A stretch of DNA of 64,000 bases from Patescibacteria group bacterium. GTDB taxonomy: Bacteria; Patescibacteriota; UBA1384; GWA2-35-9; JBASTP01. The DNA is taken from positions 96,529-160,528 of the forward strand of contig JBASTP010000006.1 of NCBI GenBank assembly GCA_049274945.1, written 5' to 3'. Position 1 is the stretch's first letter; the number at the start of each line of letters is the position of its first letter. The position numbers and the translations under genes are program-made. Positions 60,227 through 64,000 of this stretch are shown here, in pieces. The notes below the pieces were generated by a model that made no database searches, had not been told where the DNA came from, and saw only the letters and a list, made by a program, of their open reading frames with translations.

Positions 60227-63175
60227 TTACGATTGCCTCCTGAAACGGTTCAAGAAGGAGCGCGCCTGCTTATCTGGTTCCCGGAACCGGTTACTGAGAG
60301 TCGTTCCCCGAGACAACTTGGTTTTAGCATCGAGTAAGCGGTGCAGTTCTTGGTCGATGTTCTGTGAGACGTTCGATTGTTGGAGCCGAACTTTAATTTT
60401 TGGCATCAGGTCAATATTGATGTTCTCCCCGGCTTTTTTGATTTCATCTTCGATGATGCTTCCGAAGTGTGTGGTACCGATGGCTTGCCGGATTGCTGCT
60501 TCGGCGCGGCTTGTTTCAAACCGGAAGTGGTCCATAATAAAGGGTTGCGTGTTGATAGTGTGCGCTACTGCGCGATCAGCGTCATTCCCGGGAACCCCCG
60601 TGCCGTATGATCCGGTGGCAAGGTGCTCGATCACACGGTTGACGGTTGGCGCGTTTTTGTGAATGTCAAGTTGGCCTCGAAATTTATTGACCATTTCCGT
60701 CGCGTACTGTTTCATTCCTTGATCGCGGTGTTGCAAGCCACTCACCTCAAAGGCCCGGAGCGCGCCAAGCTGCCTTGGATTTAAGGCGGCTTGTGCAGGT
60801 GTCCCACGCAAATTAATTTGAGATTCAACTCCATCGATATTAATCGATCCAACACCAAGATCTGCAATCTGAGCACTGAATTCGTCCTTCGCTTGTTCTG
60901 AAACCTCCACTCCTTGAACCTGTGCGGTGACCGCAAACTGGTCGAGCGCTTGTTTGATTGCGGGATTTTTATCGACTACCGCTTGGCTCACCATATCGCG
61001 GAGCGCGCGAGCTCTGAGTTCATTGTGTGCGTTGGTGGCAATATCACCATTGCTGTCGCGCTCGAATTGATTGAGTAGCTGGTTCGCCGCAGTTTCGAGT
61101 TGACCAGTAGTTTTATTGCCCTGGAGCCGTTTCCAGAGTGCACCGGCGTTCCGTTCTGCGTCACCGCCGTGAGCTGGATTGACGACGAAGTTACTGTTCT
61201 TCATCGCCTCTTTTTGGGCACTCGACAACGCTTGTTGGACCGTGGCATCTTGTAATAATTTCTTATTGCCCGCGATTTCTTCGAAATCTTTCGTGACATC
61301 TTGTCCTTGCATGGCCTTGGCAATGAGGTACGGGGCAGCCTTGCTGTGGTCTTTGTCCTGGATGGCTTCTGCCAAGCCGCTGGTTACGGCGTCGTCCGAG
61401 AGTGCGGCGATCTGCTGGGCTTCGGACGCAATTTGTTTGTTAACCGCCTGCTTGTGGCGCTCGCCGGTGAGCATGATGTTGATCCCTCGCTTGACTCGGC
61501 CGCCGAATTCCCTGGGCCGGAGTATTCCCATGGCGCCGGAAGCAACCATTTCACGAACATCCTCGCCGGCGCCCGAAGATTCGGCGACGTGGCGCTGGTA
61601 GTACCGGTCGGCATTGGCACCCCATCCTCGGTAGAGTCCGCCAAGCGTGATTGGCCTGCCGCTAATCCCTTTCGAAATCTTGCCAGAGACTACATCCGAG
61701 GTCCTGCCGTACCAGCGCGCGCCAAAGCCGCCGGCTTGGCGGAGCGGCTTGCCCAGGTACTTGGCAACATTTCCGGTGATTACCCCGCCCATCTTAAACG
61801 GCAGTGAGATGGCCAGGTAGAGCATGGTGAGCGAAATTAAGTAGATGCCAAATTCGAATCCGCCGCCAAAGGCCTCGGTAAACTGAATCCCCAGCCAGAT
61901 CATAAAAAAGGCGATCGGGCCCATAAACGCCCAGCGGGCCAGCTGGGTCCACCACTGGCGAAACAGCACCTGGCCGGCCGGCAGGGCAAAGGCAATAAAG
62001 GCGAGCGGCGATACCGCCGCGAGCGCCAAAATCACATAGGTGCGGACGTAAAAGAGCACTGCGAGGATTAAAATGAAAATGCTCGGCACGATAATCGCCA
62101 GGGCCGCAAGCAGTACTGCTCCGAGGACGAGGTAGCCACCGGCGACGTAGATCGCGCTAACGAATACCACTGATTTGATTGCACTCTCGTATACCCCGCC
62201 GCCTTGATTAGTGGAAAATATTCCAATCAACTCGCCGAGCTTGTCTCTGCCGCCGTGGATGAAGGTCTTGAGCAAATTGTTGACCAGCACCTCTGAGCCA
62301 CCTTGGTTATTGACGATCGCGACGACCCCGATGTTAGCGACGTCCACCACCATGCGGGTAATGAAGAGCGAAAAGTTGGCGAGAATGATGGCGATGATTA
62401 CGTTCGGCAACGCTTTTTTAACGCCGTAGGTATCTATCTGGACACTGAAGATGGTGGCAAACCCCATCACCAAGAAGACAAGAATCACGATGCCGTTGGT
62501 GATATTGAGCATGGTGCGCCAAATGCGGCCGATCGCTTCGCCCTCTGGTTTGCGGGGGTTGAGCCGGTCGGCGAGCGTGGTAATTTCTGACGGCGGCGTT
62601 ATCTGCCCGATGGTTTTACCGCCACTGCTCGCGCTCGGATTCACCGCAGGCTGGTTAGGTGATTGGACAGGGCCAACTCCGCCGGTACCTGCGGCGGCAC
62701 CACCTACCGGTCGCCTGGGCTGCGTTGGGGCTGGCGCGCAATTACCGGTAGTGGTTGGCTGGCCAGTATCGGGGTGGTTAATGCCCGGTAGCCGAGGAAA
62801 GCGGAGTGTTACGGCGTTTGAACCGTTGATGTTGAAGCGTCGCGGCGGGATCGAAACTGGATCAGTGGCAAAGCCGTGTGATCTGGCAGATAAGCGCACA
62901 AGCTCTAGGTTATCGGGATCCAACCGCTCCTCATTCACCGAAAATCTGAATCCACCCCTTGGACCAGTCGAGGTGGTTTGGTCCAGGTGCCCGGCCGGTT
63001 TGCCAGAAACGCTGCCGTTCCACTCGATCCGGAGCGTCACCTCTGCTTGCGCCACGGCGCAGCTATTATTGCCCAGCGCCGTTCCGGCAATCGTCGCGGC
63101 AGCGTAAGCCGGCGCGGCCATTAAAAATTGCGAAGCAGCGAGTGCCAGAGCCAGTTGTGCAAATCGTCGGTTCAT
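60227..63175 (-). CDS. VirB6/TrbL-like polytopic membrane protein with Pro/Gly-rich extracellular N-domain and long cytoplasmic C-domain
   Basis: The ATG at 63175 (MNRRFAQLALALAASQFLMAAPAYAA signal) overlaps the upstream stop (ATGA). ~330-aa extracytoplasmic region with a PTQPRRPVGGAAAGTGGVGPVQSPNQPAVNP linker. At least six TM helices (…GIVILVFLVMGFATIF… to …MGPIAFFMIWLGIQF…). ~480-aa hydrophilic C-terminus. Confidence 0.45.
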   Translation of the reverse strand: MNRRFAQLALALAASQFLMAAPAYAAATIAGTALGNNSCAVAQAEVTLRIEWNGSVSGKPAGHLDQTTSTGPRGGFRFSVNEERLDPDNLELVRLSARSHGFATDPVSIPPRRFNINGSNAVTLRFPRLPGINHPDTGQPTTTGNCAPAPTQPRRPVGGAAAGTGGVGPVQSPNQPAVNPSASSGGKTIGQITPPSEITTLADRLNPRKPEGEAIGRIWRTMLNITNGIVILVFLVMGFATIFSVQIDTYGVKKALPNVIIAIILANFSLFITRMVVDVANIGVVAIVNNQGGSEVLVNNLLKTFIHGGRDKLGELIGIFSTNQGGGVYESAIKSVVFVSAIYVAGGYLVLGAVLLAALAIIVPSIFILILAVLFYVRTYVILALAAVSPLAFIAFALPAGQVLFRQWWTQLARWAFMGPIAFFMIWLGIQFTEAFGGGFEFGIYLISLTMLYLAISLPFKMGGVITGNVAKYLGKPLRQAGGFGARWYGRTSDVVSGKISKGISGRPITLGGLYRGWGANADRYYQRHVAESSGAGEDVREMVASGAMGILRPREFGGRVKRGINIMLTGERHKQAVNKQIASEAQQIAALSDDAVTSGLAEAIQDKDHSKAAPYLIAKAMQGQDVTKDFEEIAGNKKLLQDATVQQALSSAQKEAMKNSNFVVNPAHGGDAERNAGALWKRLQGNKTTGQLETAANQLLNQFERDSNGDIATNAHNELRARALRDMVSQAVVDKNPAIKQALDQFAVTAQVQGVEVSEQAKDEFSAQIADLGVGSINIDGVESQINLRGTPAQAALNPRQLGALRAFEVSGLQHRDQGMKQYATEMVNKFRGQLDIHKNAPTVNRVIEHLATGSYGTGVPGNDADRAVAHTINTQPFIMDHFRFETSRAEAAIRQAIGTTHFGSIIEDEIKKAGENINIDLMPKIKVRLQQSNVSQNIDQELHRLLDAKTKLSRGTTLSNRFREPDKQARSFLNRFRRQS

Positions 63176-63933
63176 TGGAGTGTGGCGGCTTTGAGCAACA
63201 AACTGAACGAGAGATTGGCAAAACTCACTGCCACTCCCATGACTAAATCGGCCACACCGCAAAGGGCGCCACCCAGTCCGTAGGGTAGCTTGTTCAATTC
63301 TGGCGGACAGGTGCTACCACCCCCGGTGCTCGCATCAAGGTTCTGGTTGCTTAAAATCCGTATTGCTCCCAGTTCATCGGGGTCTTGGCGGGTGGCGGCA
63401 GTATTTTGTGTCCTCTTATCGTTGCTTGTAAACGAACTATCATAGGGGCTTTTACCGCCGTACAATTTTTTTATGAATTCAATAAAGGAGTCGCGTTGAA
63501 AAACGACAGAGCCAAATTGATCTTGTTCGGAGTCGGAGATTGCAATCTTATTGCCTTGAACACGATTAACGCTCACAGTTAGGACCGCTGCTTGACCACC
63601 GATATCCCCTAGTACTGAGCCAACAATAGGAATGGTATTGATAGTGCTATCGCTCAAGCGAAGCGCGAGATTACAGTGGTTGCCTGGTGGGTCAGGGAAA
63701 AAATAGAAGTAATTTGCGGTCGCTACCGGGCTCAAGATTTGTCCTGCCCGAGTTGTTTCTGTGTAAATCATGTAGTACTTGTAACGAAAGCGAAGAGCAG
63801 GTCTTCTTAGGTTGGTTGAAGCGGGAGCTGGCGGGATGTCTATATATGCGCCGCGTGTGTCAAGCTGAATTGGACGAGTGCCCAGAAATGTGCTATTCCC
63901 TGAATCGAAATACTTCAACGAGTCAATGTACAC
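63172..63933 (-). CDS. hypothetical protein (5' end may extend beyond the window)
   Basis: The track start is a GTG at 63933. The frame stays open to the window edge. Gly/Ser-rich region and a hydrophobic C-terminus (GVADLVMGVAVSFANLSFSLLL). Confidence 0.3.
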   Translation of the reverse strand: MYIDSLKYFDSGNSTFLGTRPIQLDTRGAYIDIPPAPASTNLRRPALRFRYKYYMIYTETTRAGQILSPVATANYFYFFPDPPGNHCNLALRLSDSTINTIPIVGSVLGDIGGQAAVLTVSVNRVQGNKIAISDSEQDQFGSVVFQRDSFIEFIKKLYGGKSPYDSSFTSNDKRTQNTAATRQDPDELGAIRILSNQNLDASTGGGSTCPPELNKLPYGLGGALCGVADLVMGVAVSFANLSFSLLLKAATLQ

Positions 63934-64000
63934 TTGATGTCTATGCGCGCAACCGGCTGGTCCTAACTCGCTCCCTGCTTCAGGATTCGTTAAGGCCCAG

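Overview
The window reads as a chromosomal replication-origin region of a small-genome bacterium, probably a Patescibacteria/CPR-like lineage. That lineage call is inference, based on very dense gene packing, many 4-nt ATGA/GTGA start-stop overlaps, a short-form YidC, and many lineage-restricted hypothetical genes.

The conserved backbone is galU, recF<-dnaN<-dnaA on the minus strand with DnaA-box clusters on both sides of dnaA, rpmH-rnpA-yidD-yidC, a tRNA-Ser, metK, a PfkB kinase, ahcY, and small chaperone and peptidase genes.

Accessory content is layered on top of that backbone:

1. A multi-copy family of small two-TM pilin-like proteins (seven paralogues, shared GNEE...AKK/R motif). It includes a tandem-fused form and Ig-like-domain fusions.
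2. A ~12-kb minus-strand operon (19701-31719) encoding a Gram-positive-type minimal T4SS-like apparatus: VirB3-like, VirB4 ATPase, a PEGA protein, a membrane-anchored CHAP/C39-like Cys peptidase, a 1.9-k-aa giant surface protein and a pilin. It runs convergent with a PilB/GspE-type ATPase gene.
3. A second module at the 3' end carrying a VirB6/TrbL-like polytopic protein.
4. At least five type II toxin-antitoxin pairs (hicBA, phd-doc, vapBC, phd-relE/parE; hicA is not in the ORF track).
5. A compact four-gene operon built around a non-canonical Hsp70-like ATPase, sandwiched between TA modules. This is a candidate undescribed defence or stress system.
6. A membrane-anchored double-AAA+ Clp-like protein.
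7. A ~3.3-kb low-GC island inserted between dnaA and rpmH.
8. A GC-rich structured element with two UUCG tetraloops upstream of dnaA.
9. ahcY interrupted by an in-frame 8-nt x 6 tandem repeat.

Coordinates follow the ORF track where possible. Starts I revised are justified per feature.
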